A stretch of 64,000 nucleotides of DNA from Alphaproteobacteria bacterium (GTDB lineage Bacteria > Pseudomonadota > Alphaproteobacteria > UBA2966), in contig OZ219856.1 in assembly GCA_964291395.2 (NCBI GenBank), positions 1,376,001 to 1,440,000 of the forward strand, in the 5' to 3' direction. Below, in pieces: positions 42,340 through 51,286 of the stretch (its first letter is position 1; each line of letters starts with the position of its first letter). The notes under the pieces are model-generated. The model worked only from the letters and a program-made list of their open reading frames with translations, was not told the DNA's origin and did not search any database. The translations under genes were made by a program, and so were the position numbers.

Positions 42340-43308
42340 ATGGCAAGCGACACGAACAGCGACGCCGCCGCGTTACGGCACCCGGAAAAGCGCAATCGTC
42401 CGGCAAGCCCGTCTCCACGCAAACCGCCGTGGATCCGGGTGAAGGCGCCGACGTCCGCCGAGTATCACGAGACTCGCAGGCTGATGCGCGATTTGCGGTT
42501 GAACACCGTGTGCGAGGAAGCTGCCTGTCCCAACATCGGAGAATGCTGGGCGCACGGGCATGCGACGGTGATGATTCTCGGCGAAATCTGCACGCGGGCG
42601 TGCGCCTTTTGCAATGTCGCGACGGGCCGGCCTCATGCGGTCGATCCGGCGGAACCCGAGAATGTTGGGCGCGCGGCGGCGACCTTGGGACTCCATCACA
42701 TCGTAATCACATCCGTAGACCGCGACGATCTGGACGATGGCGGCGCCGACCAATTCGTGCAGGTCATCCGGTCGGTCCGCGGTCATGCGCCGGGTACCAC
42801 GATTGAAGTGCTGACCCCCGATTTTCTGCGCAAGCCCGGCGCCGTCGAGGCGGTCGTGGCGGCGAAGCCCGACGTTTACAACCACAATCTGGAAACGGTG
42901 CCGCGCCTCTATCCGACCATCCGGCCGGGCGCACGGTATTTCCATTCGCTGAGGTTGCTGGATCGGGTCAAGCAACTCGATCCGTCGATTTTTACTAAAT
43001 CAGGAATGATGGTGGGCCTCGGCGAGGGTTATTTGGAAGTCGTCCAGGTCATGGACGACATGCGGTCTGCCGACGTTGATTTCGTGACGATTGGACAATA
43101 TCTCCAGCCGACTGCGCGGCACGCGCAGGTCGATCGATTCGTCACGCCGGAGGAATTCGGACGTTACGAGACCACGGCCTGGGCCAAGGGATTCCGGATG
43201 GTGTCCGCGTCGCCGCTTACGCGGTCGTCCTATCACGCAGGCGACGACTTCGAGAGATTGCGGGCGTCACGGGACGCCAGGCCTGTGGACACCAGGCCGC
43301 CAAGCTAG
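42340..43308 (+). CDS. lipA: lipoyl synthase
   Basis: [24 protein letters not shown]. Confidence 0.98.
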   Translation: MASDTNSDAAALRHPEKRNRPASPSPRKPPWIRVKAPTSAEYHETRRLMRDLRLNTVCEEAACPNIGECWAHGHATVMILGEICTRACAFCNVATGRPHAVDPAEPENVGRAAATLGLHHIVITSVDRDDLDDGGADQFVQVIRSVRGHAPGTTIEVLTPDFLRKPGAVEAVVAAKPDVYNHNLETVPRLYPTIRPGARYFHSLRLLDRVKQLDPSIFTKSGMMVGLGEGYLEVVQVMDDMRSADVDFVTIGQYLQPTARHAQVDRFVTPEEFGRYETTAWAKGFRMVSASPLTRSSYHAGDDFERLRASRDARPVDTRPPS

Positions 43309-43326
43309 TCACGTTCCTAGAGCCAA

Positions 43327-43785
43327 ATGCCGACGCACGCGGAGGTGCGGGTTCTTCACCATCCTGCCGAGCAGTTGTTCGATCTCGTGGCGGACGTGGA
43401 AAAGTATCCGGAGTTTCTCCCATGGTGCGTGGATGCTCGAATTCGCCGGCGCGAGGGCAGCCTGATCGTGGCCGACTTGGTCATCGGGTACCGCGTGTTT
43501 CGTGAACGCTTCACGTCCACGGTGGTTCTGAACCGTCCCGACCGCATCGACGTGACTTACGCGGAAGGGCCGTTCCGCTATTTGAACAACCATTGGATCT
43601 TCGTTCCCGAAGGCTCCGACTCCTGTACCATCGATTTCTTCGTCGACTTCGAATTTCACTCCCGCGTCCTTCAGGTTGTAGCGGAACGGGTGTTCGGTGA
43701 AGCGGTCAAGCTCATGGTCCACGCCTTTGAACGCCGGGCAGACGAGTTGTTCGGCAGCGATGTGCCGCCGGAAGACACGACCTAG
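43327..43785 (+). CDS. ratA: RatA/PasT (Coq10-like START domain) protein
   Basis: FDLVADVEKYPEFLPWC, GPFRYL, AFERRA; follows lipA. Confidence 0.9.
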   Translation: MPTHAEVRVLHHPAEQLFDLVADVEKYPEFLPWCVDARIRRREGSLIVADLVIGYRVFRERFTSTVVLNRPDRIDVTYAEGPFRYLNNHWIFVPEGSDSCTIDFFVDFEFHSRVLQVVAERVFGEAVKLMVHAFERRADELFGSDVPPEDTT

Positions 43786-43797
43786 AACCGTCTTGCT

Positions 43798-44511
43798 CTA
43801 GGTCAACGACCAATAGACGAAAGATACGACGATCGAGTTCTGCACCGCGTGAATGGCGATCGGCGTCCAGATCGAGCCGCTCAGTTCGAAGGCAGCCGCC
43901 AGCAACAGGCCCAGAAGAGCCACGATCAGCATCACCGGCAGGGAGTAGTAGAAATGGGCGCCGGCGAACAAGAGCGCGCTGACGGGGGCCGCGATGGACG
44001 GGTTCCACCGGTTTCTCAGCCAGCGATAGATTAGGCCGCGAAAGTAGAGTTCCTCGCCAAATGGCGCGAGAAATCCGATGAACACGAGAGCTCCCAACAG
44101 ACCCGTCCACGAGAATCCCTGCGGCGCAATGAGCCTCGTCGTCAGTTCGCTGGCCGAAACGTCGAGCGCGCGTCCGATCCCTTCGATTGCGACGACGGTG
44201 ACGATGCCTAGGCCAGGTGCCCCCCATAACCAGGGACTTTTCGGAATGCGGAATCCCAGGTCCCGCCAGGTCATTCGCCTCACGCGAAGCAGAATGGCCG
44301 CGACCGAGGCGATGACGGCGCCATTCAGTATGAGAATGCTGCCCAACACCACCGGCAAGCTCAATAGGCCTGACGGCGCCGAGGACAGGTGATCCGCGGC
44401 ACCGAGGAGTGCCGCGATCCCGACCGCGGATATCCCGGCAGTCAATATCGTGACGTACAGCACGTCACGTCCCCGCGGCCGTACCGACGGCTTGTTCGGG
44501 TTGTCGTTCAC
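43798..44511 (-). CDS. CPBP (CAAX/Abi) family intramembrane metalloprotease
   Basis: Multi-TM; EELYFRG, FAGAH, HAVQN; GTG start inferred just after the cinA stop. Confidence 0.88.
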   Translation of the reverse strand: MNDNPNKPSVRPRGRDVLYVTILTAGISAVGIAALLGAADHLSSAPSGLLSLPVVLGSILILNGAVIASVAAILLRVRRMTWRDLGFRIPKSPWLWGAPGLGIVTVVAIEGIGRALDVSASELTTRLIAPQGFSWTGLLGALVFIGFLAPFGEELYFRGLIYRWLRNRWNPSIAAPVSALLFAGAHFYYSLPVMLIVALLGLLLAAAFELSGSIWTPIAIHAVQNSIVVSFVYWSLT

Positions 44512-44515
44512 GGAA

Positions 44516-45031
44516 TCAGTCTGTGTCGTTGGACGGATACTCGGCAACCATACCGGCCAGAAGGTCGAGCGCCGCCAAGACCGTCGACTCGCGAATGGCT
44601 TCTCGTCCGATCTCACCGAATTCGCAGCGCCGATGAACGGTGCTTCCACCCTTGGAGGCGGATGCCAGATGCACCAGTCCCACGGGTTTTCCTGGCGAGC
44701 CGCCGCCGGGCCCCGCGACACCCGTCACGGCAATGCTGATCTCCGACGCGGACCGCCTTAGCGCGCCTAGCGCCATTTCCCTGGCCACGGGCTCGCTGAC
44801 GGCGCCGTGCGCGGCCAGGCTTTTTTCCGAAACCCCTAGATCTTCAGCTTTTGCTTCGTTCTGGTAGGTGACGAAGCCACGTTCGAAGACGTCGGAAGAG
44901 CCTGCGATTTCGGTCAACGCGGCGGAGATCAATCCGCCGGTGCACGACTCCGCCGTGGCCACGTGGAGTCCTTTGGACCGGCAGGCCTCGAGAAGGCACC
45001 GGGCTCTGGCGCGAATTTTCTTTCCAAACAT
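44516..45031 (-). CDS. cinA: CinA-family NMN deamidase (PncC-like)
   Basis: TAESCTGG, GSS, GAVS, TGVAGPGG, KPVG. Confidence 0.92.
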   Translation of the reverse strand: MFGKKIRARARCLLEACRSKGLHVATAESCTGGLISAALTEIAGSSDVFERGFVTYQNEAKAEDLGVSEKSLAAHGAVSEPVAREMALGALRRSASEISIAVTGVAGPGGGSPGKPVGLVHLASASKGGSTVHRRCEFGEIGREAIRESTVLAALDLLAGMVAEYPSNDTD

Positions 45032-45552
45032 CAGCTTCCTTCGACGAAGTGGCGATACAGCAGCAGGCACCCCGCGGCGTAGAGGGCGGCGGCAATGTCG
45101 TCAAGCATCACACCGAGGCCGCTTTTGACGTGCTTGTCGATCAATCCTGCCGGCCACGGCTTCACCACATCGAAGATCCGAAACAGAAGGAAGCCGAACG
45201 CATAGAGGAGGGCATCTATGGGGACGGCCGCCAATGTGAGCCACTGACCCGCGACCTCGTCGATGACGATCACCTTGGGATCGTTGTTTGCTATGCCTGC
45301 GGACCTGTTGGCCTCGAGAAAGGCATTGGAGGCCATCCAACCCGCGAAGAAGGCAAGCGTGGCGGCTACCACGAGGCCGGCACTGCCCCACAGGTGATGG
45401 ATGAGAACCGCGAACGGTAACGCCGCTAACGATCCCCAGGTGCCGGGAGCCTTGGGGAGCAGACCCGAACCGAACCACGTGGTCACTAACACGACGGGAT
45501 GCGCGGGGCGGAGCCCTGGCGGCAGACGGCTCGCGGCATGGACTTCGGTCAC
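45031..45552 (-). CDS. pgpA: phosphatidylglycerophosphatase A
   Basis: PKAPGTWGS, DPKVIVIDEVAG, FRIFDVVKPWP, GVMLDD. Confidence 0.94.
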   Translation of the reverse strand: MTEVHAASRLPPGLRPAHPVVLVTTWFGSGLLPKAPGTWGSLAALPFAVLIHHLWGSAGLVVAATLAFFAGWMASNAFLEANRSAGIANNDPKVIVIDEVAGQWLTLAAVPIDALLYAFGFLLFRIFDVVKPWPAGLIDKHVKSGLGVMLDDIAAALYAAGCLLLYRHFVEGS

Positions 45553-46787
45553 CTGCCGGGGTGTCTCCTGGTCGGGTCGTCGATTGTTCGGCCCAAGGGT
45601 AATCGTACTGTCGCGGTGGCCACGGCCGTAATGCCTTCGCCGCGGCCCGTGAACCCGAGTCCTTCCGTCGTCGTGCCTTTGATGCTCACTCGAGAAGCAT
45701 CGATGCCCAGGATGGCGGCCAGACTCGCCTGCATCGGTGCTCGGTGTGGAGCGATCCGAGGGGATTCGCAAACGATCGTGACGTCGACGTGCATCAAGGC
45801 CCCGTTTGCCTCACGGATCCTTTCGGCTGCGAACGACGCAAACACTTCCGAACGCCTATCCCGCCATTCATCATCCGATGGCGGGAAATGAACGCCAATG
45901 TCGCCGGCACCAATCGATCCCAGGAGGGCGTCGGTCACGGCGTGCAGAGCGGCGTCCGCGTCCGAATGTCCTTGCAGGCCCTTGTCATGTGGGATGGCAA
46001 TGCCGCACAGCACGACATGATCACCGGGACCGAACCTGTGGGTGTCGATACCGTTTCCGACCCGAACGTCGCCGAGTCGCGCGGCGAGCAGCATTTCGGC
46101 GCGGTCGAGATCATCGCTCGTCGTGATCTTGAAGTTCTCGTCGTCGCCGGGTACCAGCACGACATCCAGTCCCGCCGCCTCTGCAACGGCCGCGTCGTCC
46201 GTTAACGCTCCTCCGGCAGACCGTTCGTGCGCGAGCGCGATCTCGTCGAACATGAAGGCTTGCGGGGTCTGCGCTCGCCACAGCCCGCGACGATCGAGCG
46301 TTTCCGTCACTTTCACGGTTCCGCCGGCTGAAGACTCTGGTTCGGCGCGTTTGACGGTATCGGCGACGGGCAGAGCGGCGACACTGCCGGCACAGGTGAC
46401 GCTATTTCCCCGGAGCGGCGCGAGCACCCGGTCGATCAGATCTCTCGTCACGAACGGTCTGGCGGCATCGTGGATCACCACTTGGCTGGGCGAGAGGGGT
46501 AATATGCTGTCTAGTCCCAGTCGAACGGAGTCCTGTCGCACTTCTCCGCCCACGACCGGCTTGAGGAGGGAGATACCGGAAGGACAATACGCCAACGATT
46601 GCTCGTAAAGCGGCAGGTGATCCCCGTGAATGACCACCCGAACGGCGTCGACGTCCGGGTGCCCGCCGATCGTGGCCAGACCGTACGACAGTACCGGCCG
46701 GCCGGCCAGGGCCGCATAGGGCTTGGGCATCGTCCCTCCGAACCGCGTGCTCCGTCCGGCCGCGACGATGAGGGCGACGACGCTCAT
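45549..46787 (-). CDS. ispDF: bifunctional IspD/IspF
   Basis: AAGRSTRFG, HDAARP, QTPQ, then GIDTH, GHSDAD, GDIG, TTEGLG. Confidence 0.96.
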   Translation of the reverse strand: MSVVALIVAAGRSTRFGGTMPKPYAALAGRPVLSYGLATIGGHPDVDAVRVVIHGDHLPLYEQSLAYCPSGISLLKPVVGGEVRQDSVRLGLDSILPLSPSQVVIHDAARPFVTRDLIDRVLAPLRGNSVTCAGSVAALPVADTVKRAEPESSAGGTVKVTETLDRRGLWRAQTPQAFMFDEIALAHERSAGGALTDDAAVAEAAGLDVVLVPGDDENFKITTSDDLDRAEMLLAARLGDVRVGNGIDTHRFGPGDHVVLCGIAIPHDKGLQGHSDADAALHAVTDALLGSIGAGDIGVHFPPSDDEWRDRRSEVFASFAAERIREANGALMHVDVTIVCESPRIAPHRAPMQASLAAILGIDASRVSIKGTTTEGLGFTGRGEGITAVATATVRLPLGRTIDDPTRRHPGR

Positions 46788-47038
46788 CGTTGGCTCCGAT
46801 TGAATGCCCGGTACATCCCCTTCCAGAATTGCTCCCATTTGCGGAGGGTTGACAAGATCTACCCCGGTGTGTCCCCGAACGGTCGAACGAATTCATGAAC
46901 CTTAGTCCATTTTGAGCGGGATTGCCCGTGTCACTCCGAGGTCTGTACCGACGGTCGGATTGCCTGCCCGGAAGTTCCTCAATAGAGTGCTTCGCTGGCC
47001 GAGGTTGAGAAAACGCGGGCAGGATCGGAAGTGTACCC

Positions 47039-47500
47039 ATGACAGAGCCCCGCTTCGATCTGTTGTTTCAGATCAAAATCGAGCTGTCGTCCGCGATTGA
47101 ACTGGGCGCGACGCCATATGGGCGGCTGCGGCGCGTCGACACGTTCGTCGAGGGGCGATTCGAGGGTCCAAAGCTCTCCGGTACGCTTGTAGCCGGCGGC
47201 AATGACCTGAGACTGACGCGATTTGACGGTACCTTTCACCCCGATGTTCGGGCCCTGCTTCGTACCGACGACGGTCATCACGTCCAGATGACCTATGAGG
47301 GAATCAGATCGGGACCAGAAGAGGTCTGGGACAGGGTCGAACGTGGTGAAGACGTCGATCCTTCCGAGTATTACTTCCGAATTGTCGCGCGGTTTGAAAC
47401 CGCCTCGGACAAGTACGGTTGGCTCAACCGAATTCTGGCTTTCGGCAGTGGTGTGCGTCTGCAGAGTGGACCTGTCTACGATATCTATCAAGTGCTCTGA
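47039..47500 (+). CDS. DUF3237 (UPF0311) family protein
   Basis: G.FEGPKLSG....GG.D, L.TDDG, YYFR...FET...Y.WLN pattern recognised by eye. Confidence 0.82.
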   Translation: MTEPRFDLLFQIKIELSSAIELGATPYGRLRRVDTFVEGRFEGPKLSGTLVAGGNDLRLTRFDGTFHPDVRALLRTDDGHHVQMTYEGIRSGPEEVWDRVERGEDVDPSEYYFRIVARFETASDKYGWLNRILAFGSGVRLQSGPVYDIYQVL

Positions 47501-47530
47501 TACTTGGCGGCGACGTGCAGGTCTCAAGCC

Positions 47531-47602
47531 TTGCACGAGGGGGACTGCGGACGTAATTTGCTCAAAATCTGGACACTCCCTTCATTGCACAGGAAATGAG
47601 CA
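47531..47602 (+). promoter_or_regulatory. dusB-ntrBC promoter with two NtrC-like sites
   Basis: TTGCAC-17-TAATTT; TGCTC-N7-GGACA (47559-47575) and TGCAC-N7-GAGCA (47586-47602) versus consensus TGCAC-N7-GTGCA. Confidence 0.65.
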
Positions 47603-48582
47603 TATTTGTCGGCGATGTGGAACTCTCGGCGCCCGTCATCCTTGCGCCGATGTCGGGCGTAACGGATCTGCCGTTCCGTAATCTGGTCAAACGTCTCGGC
47701 GCCGGGATGGTGGTATCCGAGATGATCGCCAGCGAGGCGATGATCCGGGAGAACCGGCGAACTCTGCTCATGGCGGCCAATCGGCCCGAGGAATACCCCA
47801 TGGCTGTTCAACTGGCGGGGTGCGAGCCGAAGACCATGGCGGAGGCTGCCCGTCTCAACGCCGACCGTGGAGCCTGCATCATCGATATAAACATGGGTTG
47901 TCCTGCGAAGAAAGTCGTCAACGGATATGCGGGTTCCGCCCTGATGCGCGATGAATCAGCGGCGGCCAGGATCATCGAGGCGACAGTGAACGCCGTGGAC
48001 CTTCCGGTAACGCTGAAGATGCGGACGGGCTGGGACGACGACCGCCGGAACGCGCCGTCGCTCGCTCGAATCGCCGAGAATGCGGGCGTCAAAATGATCT
48101 CCATCCATGGCCGAACACGCTGTCAGATGTACCGGGGCCGGTCGGACTGGCGCTTCATTCGAAAGGTCAAGGAAGCGGTTTCGATTCCGGTGGTCGCCAA
48201 CGGCGATGTGGTGACGCTCGATGATGCCAAACGCATACTCAGGGATTCCCGCGCCGATGCCCTGATGGTGGGGCGTGGCACTTACGGAAAACCTTGGTTT
48301 ATCAATCAGATAATAGAGTTTCTCGAAACTGGAACGAAACCCCAAGAACCATCTCTGCAGACGAAGTTCGAACTGCTGTCGGAACACTACGAGGCAATGT
48401 TGAGCCACTACGGGAACGAGTCAGGGGTGCGCGTCGCGCGCAAGCATTTGTCCTGGTACACGAAAGGTTTGGCGGGATCCGCAGCGCTGCGAAGCCGTCT
48501 GAATCGGCTCGATACGGCAAAAGCAGTCAAGGCCGTGCTCTCCGACTTCTTCAGCGCCCGCATATGGGGTGCAGTGGCGTGA
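47596..48582 (+). CDS. dusB: tRNA-dihydrouridine synthase B (NifR3)
   Basis: LAPMSGVTD, IDINMGCP, HGRTR, NGD. Confidence 0.96.
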   Translation: MSIFVGDVELSAPVILAPMSGVTDLPFRNLVKRLGAGMVVSEMIASEAMIRENRRTLLMAANRPEEYPMAVQLAGCEPKTMAEAARLNADRGACIIDINMGCPAKKVVNGYAGSALMRDESAAARIIEATVNAVDLPVTLKMRTGWDDDRRNAPSLARIAENAGVKMISIHGRTRCQMYRGRSDWRFIRKVKEAVSIPVVANGDVVTLDDAKRILRDSRADALMVGRGTYGKPWFINQIIEFLETGTKPQEPSLQTKFELLSEHYEAMLSHYGNESGVRVARKHLSWYTKGLAGSAALRSRLNRLDTAKAVKAVLSDFFSARIWGAVA

Positions 48583-49703
48583 CCGTGACGACCCAGTCGG
48601 TCAACGACTCCATCGAGGTGCTGGGGCGGCCCGACGGCCGGCCCTCCCAAGGAGATGCCGTCGTGCACGCGCTGCCCGATCCGATTCTAGTCATCGATGC
48701 CGCCGACCGCATCCGATACGTGAATACTGCGGCCGAACAGTTTTTTGAGCTGGGCCGGGATGCGCTCAATCAGCTTTCAATCCAGGTACTCACCGCCCCT
48801 GACAGTCCCGTCGTCGATCTCATCGGCCGAGTCCGGTTGACCGGGTTGAGCATTTCAGATCACGATCTGGAATTGACGTCGCCCCGGGACGAGATGCGGC
48901 GCGTGGATGTGCATGTGGGACTCCTGCACGAGGCACAGGGAGACGTCCTGGTATGCCTCAGGAAACGGACGTTTGCGGATATCATCAGCCGTCAACTGAC
49001 CTCCAGGGATTCGGTACGGTCGGTTACCGCGATGGCGGCGGTACTGGCGCACGAGGTCAGGAATCCGTTGGCAGGTATCCGGGGGGCCGCTCAACTTCTG
49101 GAACGTGAGAATCAGGGAGATGACCGGTCTCTGGCGCGCCTCATTCGGGATGAGGTGGATCGAATCTGCTCGCTCGTCAAGAACATGGAGGTTTTCGCGG
49201 ATGAACGGCCAATCCAAATCGAGCCCGTCAATATCCATGAGGTGTTGAACCACGTTCGCCGTCTGGTAGAGGCGGGCTCGTCCGAAACACCGCTTCAGTT
49301 TGACGAGCGGTACGATCCTTCGTTGCCACCGGTTTTGGGCAACCGGGATCAACTGGTTCAGGCCTTGTTGAACTTGATCAACAATTCGGTCGAAGCGTTC
49401 GGGAGCGGCGGCGGCGAGATCACCCTGACAACCGCCTATCGCCACGGCATGCGGGCCACCGTTCCGGGATCGAAAAGTTGGTTGAAGCTGCCTCTTGAAG
49501 TGGCGGTTCGGGACAACGGTCCCGGCATTCCGGATGAAGTCCAGGCCAATTTGTTCGATGCGTTCGTCACCGGGAAACGCGGCGGTACGGGTCTGGGCCT
49601 CGCTCTGGTGGCTAAGATCGTGAAGGATCACGGTGGCGTCATCGAGTTCGAGTCGCGTCCCCGACGCACCGAATTCCGCGTGCGCCTCCCCGTTGCCGGT
49701 TAG
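48579..49703 (+). CDS. ntrB: nitrogen regulation histidine kinase NtrB
   Basis: PAS domain, LAHEVRNPL, YDPSLP, DNGPG, GTGLGL; GTG start overlapping the dusB TGA. Confidence 0.95.
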   Translation: MTVTTQSVNDSIEVLGRPDGRPSQGDAVVHALPDPILVIDAADRIRYVNTAAEQFFELGRDALNQLSIQVLTAPDSPVVDLIGRVRLTGLSISDHDLELTSPRDEMRRVDVHVGLLHEAQGDVLVCLRKRTFADIISRQLTSRDSVRSVTAMAAVLAHEVRNPLAGIRGAAQLLERENQGDDRSLARLIRDEVDRICSLVKNMEVFADERPIQIEPVNIHEVLNHVRRLVEAGSSETPLQFDERYDPSLPPVLGNRDQLVQALLNLINNSVEAFGSGGGEITLTTAYRHGMRATVPGSKSWLKLPLEVAVRDNGPGIPDEVQANLFDAFVTGKRGGTGLGLALVAKIVKDHGGVIEFESRPRRTEFRVRLPVAG

Positions 49704-49742
49704 TGCGAACAGGTGAAAAGCGATCATCCAGGAGTTGTCCCG

Positions 49743-51191
49743 ATGGCAGAAGGCACAGTTCTCGTTGCCGACGACGACAGCGGCATTCGGACCGTTATCG
49801 GTCATGCGCTGGGTCGCGAGGGGTATGAAGTTCGCTCGACTGGCAACGCTGCAACGCTGTGGCGGTGGGTGTCTGACGGCGAGGGAGATCTCGTCGTCAC
49901 CGATGTGATCATGCCGGACGAGGACGGTTTGGATCTTTTGTCGAGAATCACTAGGATCCGTCCCGAGCTTCCGGTTGTCGTGATGAGCGCCCGCAATACG
50001 ATGCTCATGGCCATCCGCGCGACGGAACGGGGCGCCTACGAATATCTTCCGAAACCATTCGACCTCAACGAGTTGGCCCGGATTGTCGAGCGCGCGCTCA
50101 CGTCTCCGGTCGTGACTCCGCACGAGGAGTCCTCGCAACGAGCCGGTCTGGACGAGGCCATGCCCCTGATCGGGCGGTCACCAGCGATGCAAGAGCTCTA
50201 TCGACTGCTTGCACGTCTGGTTGGAACCGACCTCACCGTGTTGATTTCCGGACCCTCTGGCACCGGGAAGGAGCTCGTTGCCCGCGCGCTGCACGACTAT
50301 GGGAAACGCCGGCACGGTCCTTTTGTGCCGATCAATATGGCCGCGATACCTCGAGAGCTCATCGAAAGTGAATTGTTCGGCCACGAAAAAGGGGCCTTTA
50401 CGGGTGCGACGTCCCGGGGCGTTGGGAAATTTGAACAGGCGGAGGGGGGAACTCTGTTTCTCGATGAAATCGGCGATATGCCCATGGAAGCGCAGACTCG
50501 ATTGTTGCGGGTTTTGCAGCAGGGTGAATTTACCACCGTTGGTGGACGCCGTTCGATCAGGGCGGACGTGAGAATCGTTGCCGCGACCAATCGGAACCTT
50601 CGCCAGTTCGTCCGGCAAGGGCTCTTTCGTGAGGATCTGTTCTATCGATTGAACGTCGTTCCGGTGCGCCTTCCACCTCTCAAGGAGCGTGTGGAAGACC
50701 TACCGGACTTGGTTCACCACTTCCTTGGCGTGGCGGCGGATGATGGATTGCCGCAGAAGACCATCTCGGCCGAGGCGCTGAGACTTCTCAAATCCTACTC
50801 CTGGCCGGGCAACGTTCGAGAGCTCGAGAATCTCGTCCGGCGTCTAACGGTACTGTATGCCGAAGAGTCGATCGACGCCGAAGTCGTCCGTAGGGAACTC
50901 GACGAGGCCAGTGTCGGCACGGCACCGGAATCCGACAGGTCCACCGACTCGTTCGGCGAGTCGGTGGAGCGTCATTTGAGCCGATATTTCGCGGCACACG
51001 AAGACGGTTTGCCCCCGAGCGGGTTGTACGGCCGCGTGATCAAGGAGGTCGAACGCCCGCTGATCGCCATGTGTTTGAGCGCCACCCGCGGAAACCAGAT
51101 TCGCGCGGCGAAACTGCTGGGTCTCAATCGGAACACGTTGCGCAAAAAGATCAATGAGCTTCAAATTCCGGTTGTGCGCGGGGTCCAGTGA
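49743..51191 (+). CDS. ntrC: nitrogen regulation response regulator NtrC
   Basis: Receiver domain, [32 protein letters not shown]. Confidence 0.97.
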   Translation: MAEGTVLVADDDSGIRTVIGHALGREGYEVRSTGNAATLWRWVSDGEGDLVVTDVIMPDEDGLDLLSRITRIRPELPVVVMSARNTMLMAIRATERGAYEYLPKPFDLNELARIVERALTSPVVTPHEESSQRAGLDEAMPLIGRSPAMQELYRLLARLVGTDLTVLISGPSGTGKELVARALHDYGKRRHGPFVPINMAAIPRELIESELFGHEKGAFTGATSRGVGKFEQAEGGTLFLDEIGDMPMEAQTRLLRVLQQGEFTTVGGRRSIRADVRIVAATNRNLRQFVRQGLFREDLFYRLNVVPVRLPPLKERVEDLPDLVHHFLGVAADDGLPQKTISAEALRLLKSYSWPGNVRELENLVRRLTVLYAEESIDAEVVRRELDEASVGTAPESDRSTDSFGESVERHLSRYFAAHEDGLPPSGLYGRVIKEVERPLIAMCLSATRGNQIRAAKLLGLNRNTLRKKINELQIPVVRGVQ

Positions 51192-51286
51192 TGCATAGTT
51201 GTCACATGTACATAAATTTGATGTGTCCGTTGTGCATCTCAACGCGGTAGCGCCAGGCAATCGGAATTGCCTTTGACCGCCGGACC

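Noticed and set aside
43327-43785. ratA as a toxin-antitoxin or defence system
   Set aside because: Conserved Coq10-like housekeeping gene next to lipA; no ratB partner in the window.
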